A stretch of DNA of 64,000 bases from assembly GCA_964304625.1 (NCBI GenBank), contig OZ199840.1, forward strand, positions 8,847,106-8,911,105, given 5' to 3'. This DNA comes from Kudoa neothunni. Taxonomy: Eukaryota; Animalia; Cnidaria. The translations under genes were made by a program, and so were the position numbers. Below the pieces are notes generated by a model, which had not been told where the DNA came from, ran no database searches, and worked only from the letters and a program-made list of their open reading frames with translations. Positions 1 through 12,865 of this stretch are shown here, piece by piece. Position 1 is the stretch's first letter. Each line of letters begins with the position of its first letter.

Positions 1-41
1 CACTTGAGTGCAAAATAATCAAACCACTGGTCAAGTGATTG

Positions 42-767
42 ATGCCAACTTGGAAAACAATCTGCTGCGATGGTATAAATTTGTTGTTGAACTGTGGAAT
101 AGTAGAAAATTCTGATTATACTGTGTAGTGATCGCAGCACAAGTTCAAGCGATTCAGAATGGGATCGTCTACTACCCCGTACGACAAGGTACTTCAAATT
201 TGGTCATAAACTGTGTTGTCAATCGTTGGTAAATACTGGTTATTGAAGGAAAGAAATTTGTAAAAATAAAATTGCTCTCACTGAAAATGATTCCTTGATA
301 AATAACAAATAAACAGGTGCGCACCGTCATTCACTTCGTTGTGTGGAGAAATTGGTGTGCCTAGCGATGAATCCAAACAACTCACTATTCCTACAAAATT
401 TATGCCACCGGAAAACACTTACAAAGTGGTTCAAAAGCCCAGCCAACCTTCACTCAATCCTGCAATAACTAAACATGTCATGTTAGAGTGTGAAAGTCAT
501 CAAATCTCATATAATTGTGCTTGCGAACTCCTTGTTTGTAATCCATCGCAAGATTTAAAATCTTGCATTTGTTCCAATGACAATTCCACAAAACAGAAAA
601 CGCTTACAAAAACCCGTATCAATATTACCACTATTCAGAGTAGCACCATGAGAGAGCAGCTATGTGAGCAATTGCTAAATAAAGATTTGACCACTACACC
701 ACCTACTCCACCACCCACCCCTCAGAATGAAGCAACATCTGAAATAGTAGATTATTCTACTTGTTAG
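42..767 (+). CDS. Hypothetical protein, probably 3 exons (42-72, 129-228, 317-767); may begin upstream of the window
   Basis: GT-AG introns 73-128 and 229-316 join phase-compatibly to give MPTWKTICCDVIAAQVQAIQNGIVYYPVRQGTSNLVINCVVNRWCAPSFTSLCGEIGV..., continuing into ORF 339-767. No family recognised. Confidence 0.4.
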
Positions 768-3700
768 GTATTTGGTATCATTTACATTTAGAACAGTGAA
801 AATAACATTACTGACGATAACTTCCTTTCGGTAGATTTGAGGCGTTTGACACTTACATCTGATTCGAACATTCCCAACGCGGTTTATTCTCAGCATAATT
901 CCATAGAATAAACTCATATTAATGTATTTGTGAAATTTCGAAAAATTTTCTGTTAGAATCTCTCTAGTGCATTATTTTGGAATTATTAATTTCTTTTTTT
1001 ACAACTAATGTTGGGTTGAAATTAATTTTGTAATGATAGTTCATTTGTTGGTGCTTAGCCTAAATTTTTTTAAATCAACCCACATTTATTATTTTCTTTC
1101 ATCTAACCTTAAATTTTAATAATCTGATTCTAGTTTTCATTATAAAATTGTTTTGCTGTAGAAGTATCTTCAACTTTGCGACTCTCGACACGAACACAAA
1201 GCTATTAGAACCTCTTGTCTGTTATTTTTTATTGTTTTGGATTCACTAATTCGAATATATAATTTGTGTGAATATGTTATTAAACAATTAATTTTCTCCT
1301 AATTTCTCGACACACGTAATCTAAATAAAAGTTAAAAAGCATTTCTGAACTAATTTTTTTATTATAATTTTGATTTAATTGAATTTTGATTTTTAGCATC
1401 TAAATAAAAAAGTTTAAGTTATTATTTTTTTATTTAACTGTTTCTGTCTAGCTTAATAAAAAATATTTATAGAATAATGAATAATATTTTTATTCTTTTG
1501 AATTCAGGATTTATTGCCGAAATACATCGGAATTTTTAAAAATTTTGCTTGCACCTATATTACGTTAATTATAATATAATTTATTTTAATTAGATATTAA
1601 ATGGTGGAACGAGATTACAGAGCATTTTTTCTATTAGTTAATCCCTTTAAAAAACACGAGAAAAAGTGTTTGATCTTTTTTGTTCACAAATTAAAACACA
1701 TGGCGCAGCTTACTGTGCTGTGGAGTTCTAGTTGGTCAGGACCTTTCCACGTTATTGTGAGAACTTGATTCATTAAACAACTGACTGTCATAGTGACCAT
1801 TATCCCAAACCTATTTTTTCAAGGGAATTGGCTATGGGTGTTCATAAATATTTTTCATCACCTCTAATAGATATCTGATGATTTATACGTTCAATTTTAA
1901 TCCTTCAAATCAGATGAAACTTCATTACAGATTCTATATACACAATATTGAGCGTACATTCTAATCATAGTTCTCTTTACGGAGTAGTGAGGTAGTGGTG
2001 TGATAGGGTCTCGCTACCTCACAATTCTCGATCCGATGACCAAACACATTATTGCGTATAGTCTGTGTACAATCGTCATCTATTTTCAACTTAGTTCTCA
2101 AGATGAAAGCAATTCTTATTTCCAAGTTCTACATAGTTTCTAAGACATTTTTCAGTGATATCTCTCGAATGGTACTGGTTACTTTCAAATTATCCATCTC
2201 TAATAAATATAAAGTCCAACTGATATAAAATAAATTTTTCTGAATATAATTGGTGAATTTTATCCATACCCACTAGATACATGAATTTTTAAAAAAATCT
2301 CCATTATTCAAATATTTTATCTAATTCTTGCGTTTTGCCGCAATAACTATCTGAGGACAAACATTACCGTAGTGAGAGCTTAAGCACGGACATTTGACAA
2401 TCAAACTAGGCAGTTTTTCCTTTTATACGCGTTTTTAAGAAATCTGTCAAAAATAATGAATTATTTTCAAACGAATTTTAAAAACAATTAAATAAATAAC
2501 CTAATGACTGAAAATTACTTTTAATAAAATCACGATAGTTTCAATCTTTGAGTACTCGATAAGTTTCGTTCATTTTTATTAAAAAGTAAATCAATGTTCC
2601 TAAATTCTTCTCTCTTACAAGCCCCAAATATTTTCGATGAACTTAACATGGACTTTGTTTTGTTTTAATGGCATAATCCAAACATACACATTGATATTCA
2701 AACCATTTAGTTTCTATTGTTCACTTTAATGGACAAATTAGAAAAATTTAAAATTATTTATTCAAAAATAAATTAAATTTAAAAAATTCACGACGCAAAA
2801 GAGAAATTTAGATACCAAAAAGTCATTTAAATTATTCATCTAATATCTCCATATTTATAAAAATATTTGTTATGTGGATTAATTATGAGTTATTTTCGAT
2901 ATTAGAACACATAATTGACAACTATGAAATCCTTCTCAGTATATATTTTGAGAAATTATTAAAATTCTACCAAAGTATAAACAACGACGTGTAATATTTT
3001 AAAATCAAAAAATTAATGGAATTTGTTCAATAATTATATATACATTTGTGATTGTTTAAAAATAGAACCTACACAAAAATTTATTCTTAAAAAAAGCTCC
3101 TATAATAATCCAAATATTTTTTCTATATATAACCTCTATTTATTTTTGTTGATTATTATGTTTATTAGAACAACGAGTTAAAGGGATTATTATACAATAG
3201 ACCACGAATTTAATACAAAAACCTATCCCCTCTACAAACAATAAATATTAAACGAATAATCAGCAGGATTTTGTATTTTCTTCTTAACAATAAATTCATA
3301 GAATACTGACAAAGCAATTGAAGGAGCAACACACATAATTGATTTCGTGACTTTGTTTCTATGGTAATCAGCGTAGAAATCTAAATCCTCGATAATACAC
3401 CGTTGTAAACGGTTAATCATTCAAAATGCATAGTCTGCAACAGTAGAAATTGTTTTTGACCATTTTTAGTTTTTCTCAAATAACCTACTGACTACTCAAT
3501 AACGTTTTTTCCCGTATTTGTTCAAAATAAATAATAAAACATGGAAATTTTGTAGTAAATATATGATATTTATCGGAAACAATAACGCAGGAGTATATTC
3601 GAAGTTTTTAATAATTACGCTCAAGTTAAAAAATGCCTAATTACAACGAACGTACGATGATAAAATTAGATACAGATTTTATTGGAATTACTCACGAACC

Positions 3701-4117
3701 TCATCAGGTTACCAAGTTAAGAACCGCTTCTCTATTTCTCTAACCAGAAAAGTCTGCCATCTCATCTCTCATCACCGATTTTAAAATCTATATCTGACCT
3801 CACGTAACAACAATAAATAGAGAAACAGAATAGATGCAGTAGGCAGGGCAGCATTGAAGGCTTACAACTGGCATATACAACATATGAAATCCCCACGATA
3901 GGAAAAGATAACGTACAATGAATGAATGAATGAACGAATCACGCACAAATACGCAAAATAAATCGTAAAAAAACAATTATAGATATAGTTTAAGAAATAG
4001 AGAACAAAAGGTTTATGTAATATAATGCTCGTGTATGAATCATAGTAGTGCAAAATCAAAAAAGACCAACAATAAAATCCACACCAAATCTAACGAGATA
4101 CATCATGATGATCACCA

Positions 4118-4753
4118 TCAAATAAGATTGCACTTTCTTTTACGATCTTGTTTTGAGTTGGGCTAGCAAAGAACAGTTACAAAACAACCTCAACACTGGA
4201 AATGGGTATTTACTGCGAGAGCTATTTCGGTTGCAAATTCAAAAACCTCCTTCACATTAATATCTTTGAGGGCGGAAACCTCAAAGAATTGGGCCGCTTC
4301 ACACTTTTGAGCCTGCATTGAACCTTCTTGATAGGTCACCATAGTTTTTTCTTTAGTGCCATCGGGAGGAGACACATAGTCATCCGGTCTCAGATCCACT
4401 TTGGTTCCAATAAGAACCAAGGGTACATTGGGGCAGAAATGTCTCACTTCGGGCATCCATTTCTCCATTACATTATGAAAAGAATCGAAATCATCCACCG
4501 CATAACACATGAAAATCACATCTGTGTCAGGATAGGAGAGTGGCCTCAAACGATCGTAATCTTCCTGTCCAGCAGTATCCCAAAGGGCGAGCTCAACTTG
4601 TGCATATCCAAGATCAACATCACATACGTAATTTTCGAAAACCGTGGGCACATACACTCCAGGAAATTCTTTTTTACTGTATTTGATCAACAGGCAAGTT
4701 TTACCACAAGCACCATCTCCAACAATAACCAATTTCTTTCTGTGTGTAGTCAT
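4118..4753 (-). CDS. RHOA: RhoA/Rho1-like small GTPase, 2 exons (4753-4214, 4162-4118)
   Basis: Motifs [50 protein letters not shown] and EVSA. A 51-bp intron (4213-4163, GTAAAT...TGCTAG) adds the polybasic CAAX tail [14 protein letters not shown]. Confidence 0.95.
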
Positions 4754-5861
4754 TTGATTGTTGTCTAAATTTGATCATGTCAATCCAAGTGATGCAGCAA
4801 CAACAACAACAACAACAACTGATCAAAAGTGGATAGATATAATTATTCGAGAGGAGTGTATAAATTCGATAATTGTTAGTTAATACATTCGAAATTTGGG
4901 TGTAATGATGGGGAGTTGTGTGTGAGAGAGAGTTGATCAAACTACACACCTATCGACGAATGATCCATCTGTTGTTGTATTGACTGGATCTCACTCACAA
5001 CGAAACCATCATCACACAATCAAGGGTTAACAATCAAAATATCCACCCAATCGGTTGATATATTATAAATGTGAAAGTGTGGTGGATCCTACTAACACCC
5101 ACTCATAAACAACCACACACTCAACATCGAGTAAGCTACAATCTGTGGCCATTAGATAGGTGAATGCTAGTAATCAACACACCAGCCTCAAACTCGACAC
5201 GACATTACAGCAGACAATTAGTTACAACCGAATAGGACCACTGTGGTGGAAATCAATGTGAAATACCTTAAAATTTCAAAGGATCTCGGTTAATTTGAAG
5301 ATTAAGTTGATTTTACACGACACGCCTAACGATCACAGGATACCGATCTAATACGGTGGCTAATACCTCGTAGTTGTATATTTTTATTTCGCGTAGTATA
5401 CACCTCGCTGTTCGTTGTTGTATGGATTTGGGACGAGTTGGAATTTTTGAACTCGTTCCAATCTATAATTAAACAACTGAATAGTTGTCTATTGTGTGGG
5501 GATGTTATTGCGGATATTAGTCTAACGTGCGTGCACACGAACAATTACCGCGTTATTGTCTGGAAAAATGGTCGAAATGTGTGCGCGATAACATAAAATC
5601 CACTTATTTAATATACAACAATAGCTAACAAAATAAAACACAATTCAGTTTTATCGCTGAATTACAACCGGCCGATTCGAGTCCATTGTGAAAATGGATT
5701 AGATTTGACACCAATTATTATAAAAATACAAAGTTTCGATTTCATCATCAGTAAAGCCACATTTCCATCAATTACATCGAAATTTTTGGTATAATGTCCA
5801 GCAGATTTGAATACAGTTGATATAATAGATAAAACAGATGAATGTGTGTGCGTTCAAGTAG

Positions 5862-6011
5862 CTACAAAGCTCGACCTCTCCGAGACACTCCCAATCTGTC
5901 CATATCAACTCTTGTGAACCCATTTCTTTGATATCTTCGAACAATCGGCATTATAAAAACCATATAAATAAATGCTATTATCGGCCAAAGTATGCAGGTT
6001 ATACAGACCAT
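5862..6011 (-). CDS. Small UPF0729/C18orf32-like membrane-associated protein (49 aa unspliced; C-terminus may be spliced differently)
   Basis: ATG lies 1 nt after an acceptor (ttgtag|G ATG). MVCITCILWPIIAFIYMVFIMPI matches the MVCxxC-hydrophobic-P N-terminus of C18orf32 homologues. Below the ORF-track length cutoff. Confidence 0.65.
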   Translation of the reverse strand: MVCITCILWPIIAFIYMVFIMPIVRRYQRNGFTRVDMDRLGVSRRGRAL

Positions 6012-8520
6012 CCTACAACCAACTCAAATCTCGTCGGATTGGTATTGTACGGATATAATACGATTCGGCTATAGTCGGCAATTTCGAATCATTCATATTC
6101 ACATGGATTAGTATTATTACTTGGGTGTTCAGTATTCGCAGAGCAGTTGACAACAAAATACAACAATAATACTGCTTCTGATAAGTTTTGAGTGTGCTTT
6201 TCATTATCGATGTGCGTGGTCATTTCGTTGGATCAATGTGAAGATGTTTTGTAATTTCGAAGTTAATCGAACATTCATTTTTTGAGAAAATAATTTTTGG
6301 GGTTTTTTTAATGATGAGTATTCTGTTATGTATGATCTATTATTTGATTGGAGAATATCTCGCGATTGTGCACATTATACAAATTCTGAGTGTAACTCAT
6401 TTAATTGAGATGCGGTAATAGTGTTTTTGTAGGGGTGAAACTAGTTGAATTTTAAAATACAATTTTTAATCTCGCTAACTCCCATTTGTAGTTGATAGTT
6501 GATCGATGAAATTTATTTTTTAAAATCTACTGTATTTAATTATTTTTTTAACCCTGGAAGTGGTAGCATTAGGACACAACTCAATATTGTGTATAATATT
6601 TTTAAAAATTCCAGTAAATATGTAAAGCTAATAAGAGTGTATTACATTGGTATATGTTTGAGTGTTTGAGCTCATTTCATTATAGAGTTGTTTATTTTAT
6701 CTTTTTTGAGAGTAATGAATTTTTAGCATGTATTTATTAGATTATATTATTTACATATGTGTAATTCAAAGTTTTCTTTTTTTACTATTAAAAAATTTTT
6801 AATAAGTAGTTATAAAATATTTGAATAAAAAATTACATTATTTTATTAATTCGTTGTGTTTATATAAAGTTGTAATATTTCTAAGAGTTGTTTTATCATT
6901 GATTTATTGACTTTGTTAAATTTTTTGTTTTTAGTTTTTAATGATGTTTGAGTTATTTTGTATTTTCTTTTGAATCATCGGTAAATAATTATTATCTAAA
7001 CAAATACAATTAAGATTATTCGATCTGTATGCAAAAATGCAGAAGTTATTGGCACGTAAATTTCAATCCTTATCATATGTGCGCGTGCGCCGTGGGAATT
7101 TTTAATCACAGCAACCCTTATTCACAAGCTGTTCACAGATTAAAATAATTAAATATAGTCAAGACTAGCGACACCTGAATATTATTTACCATACCAATAA
7201 TAGCCACTTCCATAAAAAAACTTAATTATGAGCGATTATACTTTTTTTAAAATATAGACAGACTAAAAATACGTAATTGCTCATTCAGTAATTTTAATTA
7301 AAGTTTTGTAATAATTAAATAGTTTTATACAAATGTTATATATGTTACACGAAATTATTAAATAAATTAGTTGTGAAATTCACTACGTAAAGAAATTTTA
7401 GTAGTTTCTTTTAATTGGATAATATCGCTCTAGGGTGATAATTGACTCGAAAGGAGTTATTTATTCTTTCTAACTGATGTCTTATTAACTTTTAGTATCA
7501 TTTTTATATAACATAAATATTTTCGCATTAGAATATCCAATAGTTGAAGCCACTGAATTAAAATTGAAATAAAATTTGACTTACTAATCCCAATGAGGAG
7601 ATTAAATATTATGGTACGTTAATTATCACTATGAACCACGTCAGATAATTAAACAAACGTTTTTTGTTGCCAACCTGATTAGTGATATATTAAATTTTAA
7701 TTGTTAATTATTAAGGATATTTAATTAATTTATTATTATCATTATTATTATTATTATTACGAAAATATTACTTAATTATTTTAGTTAATTTGTCAATTAA
7801 CACAATATAATTTAATAATACATTTTATAAAAAGGATCACATTATTTTTTTATAATGTATATAAATAACGATTCAAAGTTTTAAATTATAAGAGATTTTA
7901 ATGTTAATTCCTTTTTTCAAAAAACTAATTAATTTTCTTAGTATATAGCTGATTACAATTTATTTGAACCCCATGAATAAACCAATCCTTCTATAATACC
8001 TTTGAAACACACATTTTTAAATATCAAATGAGAAGTATAATCATTTTTGTATTATGAGCTTTTTTATGACGGAAATTGTATTAACTTTGTTATAGCAAGA
8101 TTCTACGATTAAATCAAGATATGTTTCATTGATTCGATATAATCCTTTAAGCGAAACAAAATTATTTACTCCATCAAAAGTAAATTATTTCAATTGGTTC
8201 AAATCTCTCCGCTGTTCACGCAGCGGCAAAATAAATAAATGTTATTAATTGTTCTTAGTAATTTCAAAAATTTTGTCATAATCTATTCCACAAGATCATT
8301 CAAAAAACAACTCCCATATTATATATAGAAACAATATTTAAGCGTTAAATTAAATAAAAATCAAAAAATTTTCAAATAAACACACAATAACAGTATACAA
8401 ATATATAAATAATAGATTAATTGCTAGCGCCAAATAAAATTTGATACCAAAGAATTGAAAATCAGTAATTAATATTATAAGAAGGATAAATTATGTCTAA
8501 AAGTTAAATTCTTAGGGAGA

Positions 8521-11130
8521 TCAGAGTTCAACGCGTTCATTTTCAGTTTCAGGCGAAGCAGTTGATGGTTCGGAATCTTGTTTGATATTATCTTCGGTTG
8601 ATGATGGTTTGGCAGTGGTTCCACTTGTATCGGGTTGTTCCTTATCGTCCTCACCACTGTCGCTGATTTCCTTAGCTTCATCTGTATGTTCGTCGTCATC
8701 ATCGTCCTCGTCATAGGAAGGGAATCTCATTTTGTTCACTTTTTCGATTTCCTCATGGATTTCTTCTCTGACCTTTTTGGGTGTGTGACCAAGGGCTCGA
8801 ATAGCATTATTTTCCATTATAGTAGCAATTTTGTTCAAATCAGACATAGAATAGCCTCCATTCAACAACGCAACAGCATAGCAAGTTCTAGCTAGATCGT
8901 TCAGTTCATCATCTTTTTCGGTCTTGCCTTCTTCGATCTGTTCTAGCATGGCTTTAACAATTGGATGGTGAACATTGATAACAATGTGTTTCTTTTTTCG
9001 AAGTGCATCCTGGACGTAACTGTTGGTGGTACCATAATGTTTGGCTTGTGATCTGAAAATTCTCTCCATATTTCCAGTGAATCCATATTGATCAGCAACA
9101 AGCACACAAGCATGTTCCATATCCAGTGAAATGTTAGCAGATCCGACGTATTTTTTGAATCTACTGTTTTGAGTCCAGAATTCCAACACGCGATGATAGT
9201 CAGACAAAGCTGTTTGGAACATTTCAGTGAATTCACCGCTATCACTTTGATCATCCAATTTCACTCCTTGTTGACTCACACTTTGGAACTTCATCATTTC
9301 GTACTCATGAGCATGATTCATCACATAATCATCAATGGGATCTACCAAGTACAACACCTCATAGCCTCTTTTAACAATAGGAGTGGCGAGTGGAGAATCT
9401 TCACATTCACTCATTTTTTTGCAAGTGATATACAGAATTTGTGTTCGATTGGCTGGTTGTCTCTCAACGTATTCGTCGATTGAGGTCATGTTGAGGCCAT
9501 TTTTCACTGTGTACGATGAGGCAAAACGAAGCAGTTTAATGAGACTGTTTCTATTGGCTTTATCAACAGTAATGGCGGATTTTATGGCGTTACTATAGTT
9601 GCCATAAAATGAGGGATAAACATCTTCAGGTAATGAAAGGAAGTTCTGAATGACTTTCTTAACAACTTTCTTTTTTATCACATCCATCAATTTGCCATGT
9701 TGGATCGATTCTCTGGCAACATTTAGCGGTAGATCGTCGCTATCAATCACACCAGCCATATAATGGAAATATCTGGGGAAGATAGTGCTTAGAGCGGATT
9801 TTATGTAAACTCGTTTAACATAGAGTTTCACTCTATCCAAGAATTTGTCCTCATCTCTGTAGGATTCGGGTGCTGGTGGAACTTCGGGAACAAACAGCAA
9901 TGCTCTGAAACGAACATTTCCCTCACCCACAAAATGTATCTTGAGAAGATAACGCGAATTTTTATCACCAACAAGAGTTTGATAGAGTGAGAGATATTCG
10001 TCCTCTGTAACATTGCTAGGATCTCTCAACCAAACCGGTTTCACTTTATTCAAATGATGATAAGTGTATGTGGTTTCGGTTTTTCCTTCAGCTTCTTTGC
10101 CAGCAGCACCAGTGGTATCATCTTCCACTTCATCGGTTTCAGATTTGGTGGCTGATTCTCCTTCTTCATCGGTGGTAGCTTTGACTTTTTCTTCCTTTTC
10201 CTCGGCAACCATAATCTTATAGCTGATAAATTGACTGTATTTGTTGACAAGTTCTTCCAACTTTTTATAATCCATATACTCAGAACCATGACTTTTCAGA
10301 TGGAGGGTAATCGCAGTACCACGACCAAGTGTGTCTCCACGAGGATCTTTCACCACCGAAAATGATTCAGAGTCCGACTCCCAAATGTATTGCTCGTCAT
10401 CGTTATTCTTGGACACTACTGTGACTTTATCAGCAACCAGAAAAGCCGAATAGAATCCGACACCAAATTGACCCACTAATGTATCCAACTCAGCGCTTCC
10501 AACACTTTGATCCTGAGCTTTTTTTATCTTGTCCAAAAACTCATTAGTCCCACTCTTGGCAATAGTTCCCAAATTTTTTATGAGTTCTTCACGAGTCATA
10601 CCAATTCCACTATCTCTGATAACCAACGTCCTATCATGAGTGTTGTATTTGATCCAAATGCCAAGTTCGTTGTTCGAATCTAAGTAGGAGATATCTTTGA
10701 GCGATTTGATGTGAGCTTTCGATAAGGCATCTTGTGCGTTGGAGATTAATTCACGCAAAAAGATCTAAACAACAAATTTAATAAATAACCAACTATATTA
10801 AAATCTCGATATTAATGGCGTATCAAATACATCTTTGTTTTTATAGAGAGAATTAACAATGATCTTCATCACGCGAGTTTTCTCAGCTTGAAATTCAAAT
10901 TTCTCCTTGGAATCCTCGATCGTTTTGCGATCCGCTTCTGAAAAATTATCATCAATTTTATCCGTCACATGTTCTTCACATAAAACTAAATTTTGATCAT
11001 TTAATCGTCAACCGTGTTACAATTGTAAAGAAATCAAAATCCTCATTGATTTCTTCAACCAACACTTACCAGCGGCACTACTCAGCAATACTGCCAATAA
11101 GATAAGATGCAAGCGAACCTGAAAACGCAT
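8521..11130 (-). CDS. HSP90B1: Endoplasmin / GRP94 (ER HSP90), 3 exons (11130-11070, 10985-10831, 10764-8521)
   Basis: Signal peptide MRFQVRLHLILLAVLLSSAA; motifs FEFQAE, NSLYKNKDIFLRELISN, DSGIGMT, GQFGVGFYSAF and DSDDLPLNVARE; acidic tail ending in the KDEL-like RVEL. Introns are 84 and 66 bp, GT-AG. Confidence 0.97.
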
Positions 11131-11214
11131 ACCACTCGACACAAGTGCAACTATTATGGCGACGAAACGCTTCGTGGTATTAAGCTCCCCTGCGAATAGT
11201 TAAAGCCGCATGGT

Positions 11215-11225
11215 GACACGTCATC
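11215..11225 (-). promoter_or_regulatory. UPRE / XBP1-CREB3-type element upstream of HSP90B1
   Basis: GATGACGTGTC on the minus strand, about 85-95 bp upstream of the GRP94 ATG, resembling the TGACGTG(G/T) unfolded-protein-response element. Confidence 0.5.
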
Positions 11226-11456
11226 GACTAACATTTTTGTTTTCACTCAACCTTACGCCCAACAATCACGCCCAATACTTTCTGATTCGATTATATATAA
11301 TTTTTTTATTTTCATATCTGATTAAAACATGACTTTACATATAATAATTTTTTGTCCATTGACGAATGAATAAAATCGATCGTTATCGGAGTCGTTATTA
11401 TTCTTCATTCATCTCGGATGACTTGATGACTCCATTAACGATTTTACGACTAACAA

Positions 11457-11749
11457 ATGATAATTTTGTTTGTTACAAATAACCATGTCGATATTGTATA
11501 TTGAATACAATCTATCGTATTGAGTGTAGTTACAGCATAACAACCGATGGCGGTCATTGTATTGTTGTCGTAAACAAATATTCGAATTGCTGTTTGTCGT
11601 AAACAACCGATTATGGCTATAAGCGTGAGTATTTACGGCCAAACGTCGAAATGTCACTTTGGAAGCCGATAAATGACGATCCAATTTGTTACTTTAAGGT
11701 TGGAGTTTTAGATAATTATCCAAAATGTCGAAATCTTAGTGATCACTAA
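11457..11749 (+). CDS. Candidate small spliced orphan gene divergent from HSP90B1
   Basis: One phase-consistent splice path gives MIIFYSITTDGGHCIVVREYLRPNVEMSLWKPINDDPICYFKVGVLDNYPKCRNLSDH*. Composition is gene-like, but other splice paths are possible. Confidence 0.2.
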
Positions 11750-12049
11750 GATTTGATTTATTTTCTCATATTTTTATACTTTAATCATATTAGATATATT
11801 ACTCTTCAATCCGATTTAATACCTGCTATAAAATCTGGGCTGCTTTTTTTTCTATTTCCTATTTTTATTTTACTTTAAGATTTTACGAATCCAGAATAGT
11901 CTGATGGTAAATTGGTCAAAAATTACAGTTATATTTATTGTATAAGCACAAATACTAAATAAAATTAAATGATGGAATGAATACTGATTCGTTTGAAATT
12001 ACTATTTGTTTCTCAAGAGAGATTTTGGGAATAAACGTTAGTAATTCCT

Positions 12050-12582
12050 TCAGCTAGTCTCGATTAATCTTAATTGGTGAGATGTGTGTTCATCTGAGGG
12101 CATATTCGTCGAGGTTTAAAGCGGTAACCCCAGACTATGACTATTTAGCTTGGTCATTTAATATTAGAACGTATAAAACTCTAAAGCCTCGATAATATGA
12201 CATAGTGGTGTTAGGTCGAGATCGTATACAGTGAGATTATGAACGAGTTCGGAGCCTAGTCCGAAATTAAAAAGGAAGGCTGTAGTAGTCGCAAGGGTCT
12301 CGATTTATCGTGGCCTTGCTTGCAACCGGGAGGGGAGCTTGGCGGAAGGGTGGAACTGGGCGCTCATAAACCTTGGGGTTTCCGTAGAACCGACACCCGC
12401 ATTCAAATGACTTTTCCAAACTAATCCTGGGTTAATTCAGGGTATGGTTGGGATGGTGGTTTCTCTGAAACGAGGATGTTTAGTGGGTTAGAATCCCACA
12501 CTACCGCATAAACTCAAGTCACCTTAATATGACGCTGCGGTTCCCATAACGTAAATGGGGAAGGCCTAGTAAACAAAAAAAA
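12050..12582 (+). mobile_element. Probable 5'-truncated non-LTR retrotransposon 3' end
   Basis: GC-rich island ending in three consecutive hairpins (GTGGG/CCCAC 12483-12499; ACCGCA/TGCGGT; TTCCCAT/ATGGGGAA), followed by an A-rich tail. No intact ORF. Confidence 0.5.
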
Positions 12583-12865
12583 GCATAAAACGAATGATCA
12601 TCATTCCAATATAGTATCATATGAGATTACACAGATCACATCTTCAGAACATTCTACGCAGTTATAAGTGCTTTAAAAACGCCACTTTTTATTAAATATT
12701 TGATAGAATTCTCTTTTTTTCTAATATTTCCTTTAATACATTTATTAGAGCTAATGTAAACACTAATTTGATTATGATATATTCTCTCAATAACATAATC
12801 TTTTATTTACGCGCGAATAGATGAGGACGTATACTAAATATAGTACGTGATAATATATTAAGATT

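Noticed and set aside
1690-2400. Possible LTR-retrotransposon remnant (WKGP on the minus strand)
   Set aside because: Only a 4-residue match, which is insufficient.
5730-5755. Hammerhead-like core CTGATGA...GAAA on the minus strand
   Set aside because: Stem II cannot form and no flanking stems are evident.
8196-8207. tRNA B-box-like GGTTCAAATC
   Set aside because: No cloverleaf or A-box. No tRNA, rRNA, snRNA or CRISPR array was recognised anywhere in the window.
8475-10289. Several overlapping or antisense ORFs within HSP90B1, and 4328-4768 opposite RhoA
   Set aside because: Shadow frames of real coding sequence.
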